Part shown: positions 41,408-53,807 of the stretch, piece after piece
How positions within the stretch are numbered: position 1 is the stretch's first letter
Layout of the letters: every line of letters begins with the position of its first letter
Assembly (NCBI GenBank): GCA_934096265.1
Contig: CAKOLI010000006.1
Location: 253 to 64,252 of the forward strand
Direction: 5' to 3'
DNA from: an uncultured Bacilli bacterium
Lineage (GTDB): Bacteria; Bacillota_I; Bacilli_A; RF39; UBA660
DNA: 64,000 nucleotides
Position numbers and translations under genes: made by a program
The notes under the pieces: model-generated
Told to the model about the DNA's origin: nothing
Databases searched by the model: none
What the model saw: only the letters and a program-made list of their open reading frames with translations

Positions 41408-41436
41408 AATATATACTAATTATTTAAAAATTTCAA
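41408..41436 (-). promoter_or_regulatory. SigA-type promoter for the SRP RNA
   Basis: Minus strand TTGAAA-N17-TATATT, with the -10 ending about 6 nt before the first base of the SRP helix. Confidence 0.5.
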
Positions 41437-41444
41437 CATTTTTT

Positions 41445-42992
41445 ATGTTCCACGTGGAACATGTATCATAAATTATTAAAAAATAATTAGACTTATAACA
41501 ACAATAATATTAAAATTAGACATTAGTAAGCTAAAAGTATATAATCAGTAATATTAAATATATTTAAATATTAAGTAATTATACAAATAAACGCAATTCT
41601 ATGTTCCACGTGGAACATAGAATTCATATTATATTCTATAATAATAATAATTAGTACAAAAACAATCATTAAACAGTAAATTATCTCTATCGTAAGCATA
41701 CAAGTATCTGCATTTTTATTAATGCTATTAATATATAAACAACGTAATTAATTATTTTTTTAGTTAGCATTACATTTTAATTAAAGTTATATATTCTATG
41801 TTCCACGTGGAACATAAAATATGCATTGAAAATTGCAAACTATTACTCATAATTATATTATTAACAATAATTAAACTTAAGTTTTAATTATTTAATGAGA
41901 AAATTATTTAACTAATAATAAATTAATATAATATGTAGTATTCATTGTATAGTAAAAAATATACCAAAATTTAATTTTAGCATAGTAAAATCATAATTAA
42001 GTATAAAATTAATATATATTTAAATCTCAACATTTATAATATAGATAATGTTCCACGTGGAACATGGCATATTTAATTATGTAACTAATTTAGCTAATAA
42101 AAAAAATAACAATTGCAATTAAATATAAGTAAAATTATATATAAATAATAATAATTAGTATAAAAATAATTATTAAACAGTAAATTTTCTTCATCGTAGA
42201 CATATAAATATCAGCATTTTTGTTAATGCTATTAATATATAAACAACATAATTAATAATTTATAACTTGCATTACATTTTAATTAAAGCTATGTGTTTTA
42301 TGTTCCACGTGGAACATAAAATATGCATTGAAAATTGCAAAATACTACACATAATTATATTAATTTATTTAAAACGTAAAACACCAATTATATAGTAAAA
42401 AACATACCAAAATTTAATTTTAGTATAGTAAAATCATAACTAAGTATAAAATTAATATATATTTTAATCTCAACATTCATAATATAGATAATGTTCCACG
42501 TGGAACATAGAATATGCATTAAAAATTACAAACTATCACACATAATAATATTTATTAACAATAATTAAACTTAAGTTTTTATTATTTAATGAGAAAATTA
42601 ATTAACTAATAATAAATTAATATAATGTGTAGTATACATTGTATAGTAAAAAACATACCAAAATTTAATTTTAGCATAGTAAAATACATAACTAAGTACA
42701 AAATTTACATATATATTTAAATTTAAATATTTATAATACCCATGTTCCACGTGGAACATAAAATACATGTTATAGCAATCTATTTTTATAATAGAAATTT
42801 AAAATATTTATATTTAAATTTAATTTCAATAAAATTATATGTATTAAAACTTTATATTATAAATAACAGGCTACAAAATCTATTTATTTATAATATTTAA
42901 ATATTAAGTAATAAACACATATCATTTAATTAAAAACTAATTATATAATTAATAATCACTTATTATAATACTTCATGTTCCACGTGGAACAT
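41445..42992. repeat. Array of eight identical 18-bp palindromes ATGTTCCACGTGGAACAT (parS-like) embedded in long AT-rich repeat units
   Basis: Copies at 41445-41462, 41601-41618, 41798-41815, 42048-42065, 42300-42317, 42491-42508, 42742-42759 and 42975-42992. The core TGTTCCACGTGGAACA differs at one position from TGTTNCACGTGAAACA. No ORF of 60 aa or more lies between 41304 and 43011. Confidence 0.9.
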
Positions 42993-43011
42993 GAAGTAAA
43001 AAAAGAGAATA

Positions 43012-45465
43012 CTATTCACTAATATTCTCATTTTGCGATTCGTCATTCAAAATCTTATCCACAGTTGCTACAGAAGAAACAGATTGTTTATCTCTTAAAT
43101 TAATTAGTTTAACACCTTGGGTGACACGACTTAATTTTGAAATCTGAGCTATATCAAGTCTAATAACTATACCTTCATTTGTAACTATAATCAAGTCTTT
43201 ATCATCAGACACCAATTTAAATGCAATTAACGATCCATTCTTTTCAGTTAAATTAATTGTTTTAACACCCTTGCCACCACGGTTAGTAATTCTATACTCA
43301 TTTATATCAGTTTTTTTACCATAGCCTTTTTCAGTTACTACAAGTACATTTTGATTATCTGAAGCAATTTCCATACCAATTAAATCTCCACCAGATAAAT
43401 TAATACCTTTAACGCCAGATGCACTTCTACCCATTACTCTAATTGCCTTTTCGTTAAATCTTACCATACGACCATTAGAAGCAGCCATTAATATATCATT
43501 ATCCCCTGTAGTTTTCTTAGCGGATACTAACTCATCATTATCACGTAAAGTTATAAACTTCTTACCATTATTCCTAATATTATCAAATTCAGAAATAGCA
43601 GTACGTTTAATAATTCCACATTTAGTAGCAAATACTAAATTTTTGTAAATATCATTATTTTCAATTTTCAACAACTCTTTAACTTTCTCATCCTTTTCTA
43701 AATTTAATAAATTAACAATAGGAATACCTTTAGATTGACGACCAAATTCTGGAATCTCATATCCCTTTAATCTATATACCTTCCCTTTATTAGTAAAGAA
43801 CAATATATAATCATGCGAATTAGAATTAATAATGTTTTCCACAAAGTCTTCTTCGTTAGTAGACATACCTTTAATTCCCACTCCCCCACGATTTTGTGTT
43901 TTATAAGTATCCACAGGTAGTCTCTTAATATAGCCTTTATTAGTTAAAGTAATAGCTACATTTTCTTCAGGAATTAAAGACTCATCATCAATATAATCAA
44001 TAGCGGTCATATCGATTCTTGTTCTTCTTTCATCAGCGAACTTTTGTTTGATTTCTAATAACTCATCCTTAATTATTTTCAAAATTCTTTCATTACTTGC
44101 TAAAATAGCTCTCAACTCTTCTATTAATTTAAGTAATTCACCTAATTCTTTTTCTATTTTATCTCTTTCTAATCCTGTTAGCCTACGCAACTTCATTTCT
44201 AAAATAGCTTCCGATTGAATATTATCAAGACCGAATTTAGAAGATAATTGATTTTTAGCCTCCTCATCACTCTTAGAAGATTTAATTATTTTTATAACTT
44301 CATCTATATTATCAAGAGCAATCTTTAAACCTTCTAATATATGAACTCTTTTCTCTGCCTTATCTAAGTCAAATTTTGTTCTTCTAATAATAACTTCCCT
44401 TTGATAATCAATATACTTAGAAATTATATCCTTTAAACCTAACGTTTTAGGAACAATTCCGTCCAACATTAGAAAAATTATTCCATAATTGACTTGAAAT
44501 TGTGTATGCTTGTACAATTTATTTAACACTACTTGAGGATTAGCATCCTTTTTTAAAGTAATTGTAATTTTAATACCATCTTTTAAATCAGTATGATAAT
44601 CAGAAATACCTTCAATTACCTTACTATGAACCAAATCTGCTACCTTATTTTTCAATTCAGCAGTATTTACACCATAAGGGACTTCATCAATTACAATATA
44701 GTGCTTACCATTCTTTTCCTCAATATTAGCCTTACTTCTAATAACAATAGTACCACGACCAGTTTCATAAGCTTGCCTAATGCCTTTATTACCTAATATA
44801 ATTCCACCAGTAGGAAAATCAGGACCTTTAATATAATTCATTAATCCGGCTGTATCAATATCTTGATTATCAATATATGCAACACATCCATCAATTACTT
44901 CACCTAAATTATGAGGAGGAATATTTGTTGCCATACCAACAGCAATACCCATCGTACCATTAACTAATATATTAGGAAACCTTGAAGGCAAAACCAATGG
45001 TTCTTTTTCTAAACCATCAAAGTTATCCACAAAATCTACTGTATTTTTATTAATATCTTTAAGTAATTCTAACGAAATTTTAGACAACCTTGATTCAGTA
45101 TAACGCATTGCAGCTGCCCCATACCCTTCAATATTACCAAAATTACCATGACCATCTATTAAAGTATAACGATAGCTAAAATCTTGTGCCATTCTAACCA
45201 TTGCTTCATATATAGACGAATCACCATGAGGATGATACTTACCAATAACATCCCCAACTATTCTAGCACTTTTTTTATGCATTTTATCTGGAGTATAACC
45301 AGATTCATACATCGAATATAATATTCTTCTATGCACAGGCTTTAACCCATCTCTTAAATCAGGCAAAGCACGTGCTTTTATAACACTAAGAGAATACTCC
45401 ATAAAAGATGTACTAATTTCATTAACAATATTATTCTCTTCTAGTCTATCTCTACTATGATCCAT
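43012..45465 (-). CDS. gyrA: DNA gyrase subunit A
   Basis: [15 protein letters not shown] and the catalytic-Tyr region AAMRYTE. ATG at 45465 is preceded by GAGGTGAG. Confidence 0.97.
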   Translation of the reverse strand: MDHSRDRLEENNIVNEISTSFMEYSLSVIKARALPDLRDGLKPVHRRILYSMYESGYTPDKMHKKSARIVGDVIGKYHPHGDSSIYEAMVRMAQDFSYRYTLIDGHGNFGNIEGYGAAAMRYTESRLSKISLELLKDINKNTVDFVDNFDGLEKEPLVLPSRFPNILVNGTMGIAVGMATNIPPHNLGEVIDGCVAYIDNQDIDTAGLMNYIKGPDFPTGGIILGNKGIRQAYETGRGTIVIRSKANIEEKNGKHYIVIDEVPYGVNTAELKNKVADLVHSKVIEGISDYHTDLKDGIKITITLKKDANPQVVLNKLYKHTQFQVNYGIIFLMLDGIVPKTLGLKDIISKYIDYQREVIIRRTKFDLDKAEKRVHILEGLKIALDNIDEVIKIIKSSKSDEEAKNQLSSKFGLDNIQSEAILEMKLRRLTGLERDKIEKELGELLKLIEELRAILASNERILKIIKDELLEIKQKFADERRTRIDMTAIDYIDDESLIPEENVAITLTNKGYIKRLPVDTYKTQNRGGVGIKGMSTNEEDFVENIINSNSHDYILFFTNKGKVYRLKGYEIPEFGRQSKGIPIVNLLNLEKDEKVKELLKIENNDIYKNLVFATKCGIIKRTAISEFDNIRNNGKKFITLRDNDELVSAKKTTGDNDILMAASNGRMVRFNEKAIRVMGRSASGVKGINLSGGDLIGMEIASDNQNVLVVTEKGYGKKTDINEYRITNRGGKGVKTINLTEKNGSLIAFKLVSDDKDLIIVTNEGIVIRLDIAQISKLSRVTQGVKLINLRDKQSVSSVATVDKILNDESQNENISE

Positions 45466-45478
45466 TATTCTCACCTCA

Positions 45479-48500
<3,022 letters not shown>

Positions 48501-48676
48501 AAATAAATTTACTCATTCTATCACCCATTGTGGAAAACTAATTTTTTTCATCTACACATAACTAAATTATACCATAAAATGCGTTTAATTTAAAGTAAAA
48601 AAGGCACTTTTTTATATTTTAAATGCCTTTTTAATCATAATATACTTAATTACATATATCATATAAAAATTAATAT

Positions 48677-49162
48677 TTAAACACCTTTAGTATACAAATT
48701 TAACTCTATTATTTTCTTTTTACAAATTAATAAATAATTTCTTAATAACATGCACTTATTAATTTGATTTTTCATCGAATAAAAAGATTTATTTATTAAA
48801 TATTTTTTACTATTAATAAAATAAATAGCTGTATGATTATTTGGAGCTCTTCTAATATATTTAACTTGACTAAAATTAATCCACACACATTCCTTATTTC
48901 TATAAGAGTGCGTAGGAAAAATTATAACATCATTTGTAATATCAATTACAATAGGTAATTTATCATCAGTACACAATACCTTTTTTATCAAATCCTTAGT
49001 AAAAAAATTAGAATTATATGTTTTAATTGATGCATTAATAACTTTACTCACACAACTACGAATATATATTTTATCATTATTATGAAATATCACAGTATGT
49101 TTAAAATTAATATCTCTATGAAACATTATAGTATCATTATTAATTATATAAAAATCCTGCAT
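48677..49162 (-). CDS. comK: ComK-family protein
   Basis: YIINNDTIMF..., KLPIVIDITNDVIIFPTHSYRNKECVWINFSQV and LINKSFYSMKNQINKCMLLRNYL parallel B. subtilis ComK PPIMVDPSNQIFLFPTLSSTRPQCGWISHVHV...ISYNSFENQVYRTAWLRTKF (recalled). ATG at 49162 is preceded by GGAAAGGGGGG. Confidence 0.65.
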   Translation of the reverse strand: MQDFYIINNDTIMFHRDINFKHTVIFHNNDKIYIRSCVSKVINASIKTYNSNFFTKDLIKKVLCTDDKLPIVIDITNDVIIFPTHSYRNKECVWINFSQVKYIRRAPNNHTAIYFINSKKYLINKSFYSMKNQINKCMLLRNYLLICKKKIIELNLYTKGV

Positions 49163-49248
49163 AAACCCCCCTTTCCATATATAAAAAAAATATATATGCA
49201 CTTTATTTAAGCATATATATTTGTCGAAATTTGTAGAAAAATGTCGAA

Positions 49249-50364
49249 TTAATAAGTTTTTATAGGTAATATTAATTGCACTAAAGATTCATCTTCCTTA
49301 GAAGTTAAAACAATAGGACTATTATTATCTATCATATTAATAATAACCGTATCAGCATTAAAACTTTTTAACCCTTCCATCATATATTTAGAACTAAAAG
49401 ATATATCTATATTCTTATCATTAATAACATCCATTTTTTCCTCAACTCTACCTATCTCAGGAGAATTAGATAATATCATTAATTCATTACCATTTAACGA
49501 TAGCCTAATAGTATTCTTATCTTTATCATTAGTAAGTAATGCCGCACGATCTATCATACCATATAGCATATCTAAATTACATTCAACACTAATATTATAA
49601 CTAGAAGGAATAACATTTGAATTAGCGGGATAAGTACCAGATAATAACCTTGATTGAAACAATATATTTTTATATTTAAACAATACCTTATTATTAAATA
49701 AATGCATTTCTATATTCTCATTATCATCATTAATAATCTTAGTAAGTTCTATAACATTCCTACATGGAATAATAACATTAATGATATTACTAGTATTAAC
49801 ATCTATATTAATACTTTTTTTTGCAAGACGATAAGAATCAGTAGCAATTACATCTAACTTTTGATTATCAATCTTAAAATTTATACCTGTAAGTATTGGT
49901 CTAGTTTCACTAGTACTAGTCGCAAAAGATGTTTGATTAACCACATTCTTAAATAACAAAGTATTTATAGTAATAGGATCCTTAGTTAATTCAAGATATA
50001 AATTAGGAAACTCATTAGGATTAATTCCATTTAAATTAAATTCTGAATTTTCAGTAGTTATCAACATTTTATAACCATCAGTAACCTCAATAGCAACTTC
50101 TGTATTAGGAAGTTTTCTAATTAACTCAACAATATATTTTCCACCTATAACAATACTACCTTCATTTTCTATTTTTGTAATGTCTTTACTATCAATAAAC
50201 GATTTAATTGATATATCAGTATCACTAGCACTTAAGTACAACCCTTCTTCTTTCAATTCAAATTTAATTCCAGATAAAATAGGTATTAAATTTTTAGATG
50301 ATATAGCTTTAGATACATTTAATAAGTTATCTATAAGAATATCTTTTTTAATCACAAATTTCAT
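49249..50364 (-). CDS. dnaN: DNA polymerase III beta sliding clamp
   Basis: 371 aa. MKFVIKKDILIDNLLNVSKAISSKNLIPILSGIKF, RPILTGINF, and the C-terminal LILPIKTY. Confidence 0.97.
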   Translation of the reverse strand: MKFVIKKDILIDNLLNVSKAISSKNLIPILSGIKFELKEEGLYLSASDTDISIKSFIDSKDITKIENEGSIVIGGKYIVELIRKLPNTEVAIEVTDGYKMLITTENSEFNLNGINPNEFPNLYLELTKDPITINTLLFKNVVNQTSFATSTSETRPILTGINFKIDNQKLDVIATDSYRLAKKSINIDVNTSNIINVIIPCRNVIELTKIINDDNENIEMHLFNNKVLFKYKNILFQSRLLSGTYPANSNVIPSSYNISVECNLDMLYGMIDRAALLTNDKDKNTIRLSLNGNELMILSNSPEIGRVEEKMDVINDKNIDISFSSKYMMEGLKSFNADTVIINMIDNNSPIVLTSKEDESLVQLILPIKTY

Positions 50365-50526
50365 TATATTCCTTCTTTCTATTATTATATTTATATTGAT
50401 TATTATACTGTGGAAAATGTGGAAAACTCTCTTAACTCTTTGATTTATAAGGCTTTACTTGCTCAGTCTATGTGGAAAACTTGTAGATAATTTTAGCACT
50501 TATAAACCTAATTATGTGGATAACAT
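50365..50526. promoter_or_regulatory. dnaA-dnaN intergenic oriC module: DnaA boxes plus an AT-rich unwinding candidate
   Basis: TGTGGAAAA at 50409, 50418 and 50471. TGTAGATAA at 50482. Perfect TGTGGATAA at 50515 overlapping the dnaA stop. The pure A/T run 50381-50407 abuts the boxes on the dnaN side. Confidence 0.7.
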
Positions 50527-51882
50527 TTTTTTAAGCTCTTTTATTATATCTTTTACTTGGTCATTTTCTTTCAAATCTTCTGCAATTTTATCACAAGAAT
50601 GCATAATAGTTGAATGATCCCTTCCACCAAAATAACTACCTATTCTAGGAAAAGATTCGTTAGTAATAACCCTACATAGATAAATAGCAATTTGTCTAGG
50701 AAATGCAATAGTTTTAGTTCTCTTTTTACCTTTTAAATCATCAATTTTAATTTGAAAATAATCACTAACTACTTGTTGAATACGATGTATATCATTTTTA
50801 AATGCACATTTAGTAATTAATTGATCTTTTAAGGCATCTATTGCAGTATCTAAATCTACTTTCCCATTATTCATCATTAAAGAATAAGCAAAAACTCTGG
50901 TTATAGCACCTTCCAGTTGTCTAACATCTGAATCAAAACTATTAGCAATATATTCTATTACTTCATCAGGAACATCCTTAGCAGATTCATTATACATTAT
51001 TTTATTTTTAATAATACTTTTTCTAAGTTCTAAATCAGGTGGAAATATATTTGCAGTAAGCCCCCAAGAAAATCTAGTCCGAAGTCTATCTTCTAATAAC
51101 TTCAAATCATTAACAGATCTATCCGATGCTATAATTATTTGCTTATTAGAGTTATATAATTCATTAAATGTGTGAAAAAACTCTTGTTGAGTCGCCGTAG
51201 CATTCTCTAAAAATTGAATATCATCAATTAACAATACATCAACATTTCGGTACTTGTTTTTAAAAGTATTAATTAAATCAAAATTATCTTTATCCTTATC
51301 TTTATTTCTAATAACACTAATAAAATCGTTAACAAAATCATCACTAGTAACATATAAAACCTTCATATCTTTATTCTTTAATATATAATTTCCAATAGCG
51401 TGCATTAAATGCGTTTTACCAAGTCCACTTTTCCCATATAAAAACAGTGGATTATATGCTTTTCCAGGTTTTTCCGCAACTGACAAAGCTGCAGTATATG
51501 CAAATTTATTGCTTTCCCCTTTAATAAAAGTCTCAAAAGTATAATTATTATTTAAATTAGCATCAGAATAATTATAAATTAAACTATCACTACTACTTTT
51601 ATCCACATTAGAAGAATTATCCTGTACCTCTTCTTCTAATAAAAAGTTAAAAGTATAGTTATAGCCAGTTATTGAAGAAAATATCTCCTCAATAATTGGT
51701 AAATAATTTTCAGTTAAATGTTTCTTATGAAGATTTAATGGAACAATAACAACAGCTACTTCACCATCTATTTTATATAACTTAGTATCTCTAAACCAAG
51801 CTTCAAATGAAATTGAAGAAATTTGTTCTTTAACTTTATCTAAAAAATTGTTCCAAACAACATTAGTGTCAACAGAATTCAT
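50512..51882 (-). CDS. dnaA: Chromosomal replication initiator DnaA
   Basis: MNSVDTNVVWNNFLDKVKEQIS..., GKSGLGKTHLMHAIGN Walker A, LLIDDIQFL, and the domain IV motif GGRDHSTIMHSCDKI. ATG at 51882 is preceded by GAAGGAG; the track start at 51966 is an extension. Confidence 0.97.
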   Translation of the reverse strand: MNSVDTNVVWNNFLDKVKEQISSISFEAWFRDTKLYKIDGEVAVVIVPLNLHKKHLTENYLPIIEEIFSSITGYNYTFNFLLEEEVQDNSSNVDKSSSDSLIYNYSDANLNNNYTFETFIKGESNKFAYTAALSVAEKPGKAYNPLFLYGKSGLGKTHLMHAIGNYILKNKDMKVLYVTSDDFVNDFISVIRNKDKDKDNFDLINTFKNKYRNVDVLLIDDIQFLENATATQQEFFHTFNELYNSNKQIIIASDRSVNDLKLLEDRLRTRFSWGLTANIFPPDLELRKSIIKNKIMYNESAKDVPDEVIEYIANSFDSDVRQLEGAITRVFAYSLMMNNGKVDLDTAIDALKDQLITKCAFKNDIHRIQQVVSDYFQIKIDDLKGKKRTKTIAFPRQIAIYLCRVITNESFPRIGSYFGGRDHSTIMHSCDKIAEDLKENDQVKDIIKELKKMLST

Positions 51883-52299
51883 TGTATCATACTCCTTCAT
51901 TTCATTATAAATACATTTTAACTTATTTTTTGACAAAAAGAAACCCTTTTTTACACTTTTCATCATAAATTCACAAGATATTCACAGGATATCAACAAGC
52001 TAAAGTTAATTAAATCAACTAATTCGTCATTTTTCCCCAGAAAACAACATTTTTCATATAAACATTGTGTACAACTTTATTAACATCTATGTGGATAACT
52101 GTGTATAGCTTTCAAAACTTGTATAATTTAAGCAAAATATTAGAAATTTATCAACAAAACACCTGTGGAAAACTATAAAAATACCAAACAAATTAACAAT
52201 TAAGGTGTGCATAACTAATAATTACAAAAAATATAATTAAAAAAAAAGACATAATCCTTTTTATAAAGATTAGTTCTCTTTTAAATACATATATTTATC
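51883..52299. promoter_or_regulatory. Upstream dnaA region with a DnaA-box cluster (dnaA promoter / oriC upstream module)
   Basis: Perfect TGTGGATAA at 52090-52098, TGTGGAAAA at 52164-52172, TGTGCATAA at 52206-52214, all in the same orientation. Weaker 2-mismatch sites lie nearby. Confidence 0.65.
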
Positions 52300-53721
52300 T
52301 TAATTTTTATTTATATTAATTATAATTTGATATTTATCAGCTAAATCAAGTTCAGTTACATTTACTTTATTATTACCATTACTAGCATTCTTAACAGTAT
52401 TACGAATTTCATTAACAATATTATTAAAGTCACTATTATTACTACTTTCAGTTACTTTCACACTTAAACTTGATAAACCATCACTATTAGTATCAATTTT
52501 TTCAATATTAACAGGTTTAATTTCATCATTAAACATATTACCATTATCGACATTTTTTGCACTTATTTGAGAAGTTAAATCATTAGTTGTAACAAATTCA
52601 TCATTCAAAGAAGGGAAAAACTTATTACCGTTCAAAGAAAATAAATTATTATTTGTATTATTATCATTACTAACATCTTTTGGTAAATCAGATTTTAATA
52701 AATCATCAAAATTAGGTAAATCTTTAGGTCTATTAATATCTTCTGCTACCTCTTTAATTTTATTAATATCAATAGCTTGAGTCTTATCTTCAATAACTGC
52801 TTCAGTATCATTAAATACATTAGATTTAGCATCAACAATATCCAATCCATTCAAGGCTTTTTGCATATTATCATTGATATCCATATCCATAACATTACTA
52901 TTACCAGTAGGATTATTATTTAAATTATTTAAGTTTATAACATCATTATTAACATTATTATCTCCAAAATTAGGTATTGATATATCATTATTAGGAGTAA
53001 CTACATTATTATTTTGAATATTATTACTAATATTAGTATTAAGTTCCTTTGACATATTAACATTAGATAAAGCATTATTAGAATTTAAAGAAATGTCTCC
53101 ATTATTATTAGCTTTAGCATTTAAAATATCTTTTATCAAATCATCAGTTTGTTTGACAGTTAATCTATCATTTATAATATTATTTAATATTTTAGATTGC
53201 TCATTAAAATCTTTTAATTGTAACAGACTTCTAGCATGTCTTTCGGATATTTTATTAGTAAGTAATGCTTGTTGTACATCTTCCCCTAAATTTAATAGTC
53301 TTAATTTATTTGCAACATTAGATTGACTTTTTCCCATTCTAATAGCAAGTTGATCTTGTGTAAGTTGCCCTAAGTCAAGTAATCTCTTATAAGATTTGGC
53401 TTCTTCTAACGCAGATAATTGTTTCCTTTGAATATTTTCCACTACTGCAACTTCTGCACTTTCTTTGTCATCTAATTCAGTAATAATCGCAGGAATCTCA
53501 CTAAGCCCTGCTTTAACAGCGGCTTTAAATCTTCTTTCACCTGCTATAATTTCATATTTATCTCCTATTTTTCTAAGAACCAATGGTTGTATAATACCAT
53601 GTTGCTTAATTGAAGCAGTTAATTCATTAAGCTCGTCTTCATTAAATGTTAAACGTGGTTGAAAACGATTAGGAATAACATCATCTATTTTAATATTTAA
53701 AATTTCTTTTCCTAAATTCAT
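52300..53721 (-). CDS. noc: ParB-family nucleoid occlusion protein Noc homologue with a roughly 230-aa Asn-rich C-terminal extension
   Basis: PNRFQPR and GERRFKAA boxes. HTH MGKSQSNVANKLRLL...SERHARSL matches B. subtilis Noc LGKGQSTIANKLRLL...TERHARAL (recalled) rather than Spo0J. Follows rsmG. ATG at 53721 is preceded by AAGGAGGATAAT; the track start is TTG at 53886. Confidence 0.8.
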   Translation of the reverse strand: MNLGKEILNIKIDDVIPNRFQPRLTFNEDELNELTASIKQHGIIQPLVLRKIGDKYEIIAGERRFKAAVKAGLSEIPAIITELDDKESAEVAVVENIQRKQLSALEEAKSYKRLLDLGQLTQDQLAIRMGKSQSNVANKLRLLNLGEDVQQALLTNKISERHARSLLQLKDFNEQSKILNNIINDRLTVKQTDDLIKDILNAKANNNGDISLNSNNALSNVNMSKELNTNISNNIQNNNVVTPNNDISIPNFGDNNVNNDVINLNNLNNNPTGNSNVMDMDINDNMQKALNGLDIVDAKSNVFNDTEAVIEDKTQAIDINKIKEVAEDINRPKDLPNFDDLLKSDLPKDVSNDNNTNNNLFSLNGNKFFPSLNDEFVTTNDLTSQISAKNVDNGNMFNDEIKPVNIEKIDTNSDGLSSLSVKVTESSNNSDFNNIVNEIRNTVKNASNGNNKVNVTELDLADKYQIIININKN

Positions 53722-53807
53722 ATTATCCTCCTTATTCTTTATACAATTATTATAATACACTATATTTGTCGAAAAAACAAGAAAAAAATAAATTTTAAAC
53801 ATTTTTT

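Noticed and set aside
41304-43011. CRISPR array interpretation of the regularly spaced repeats
   Set aside because: The repeats are 18-bp perfect palindromes spaced 156-252 bp apart. The 'spacers' are themselves homologous to each other. No cas genes or leader are present. The repeat core matches parS.
41304-43011. rRNA operon expected downstream of gyrA by analogy with B. subtilis
   Set aside because: No 16S/23S-like sequence is present. The tract is almost pure AT apart from the palindromes.
51883-51966. N-terminal extension of dnaA in the ORF track
   Set aside because: ATG 51882 has a GAAGGAG RBS and yields the typical DnaA N-terminus. The extension would cover likely promoter DNA.
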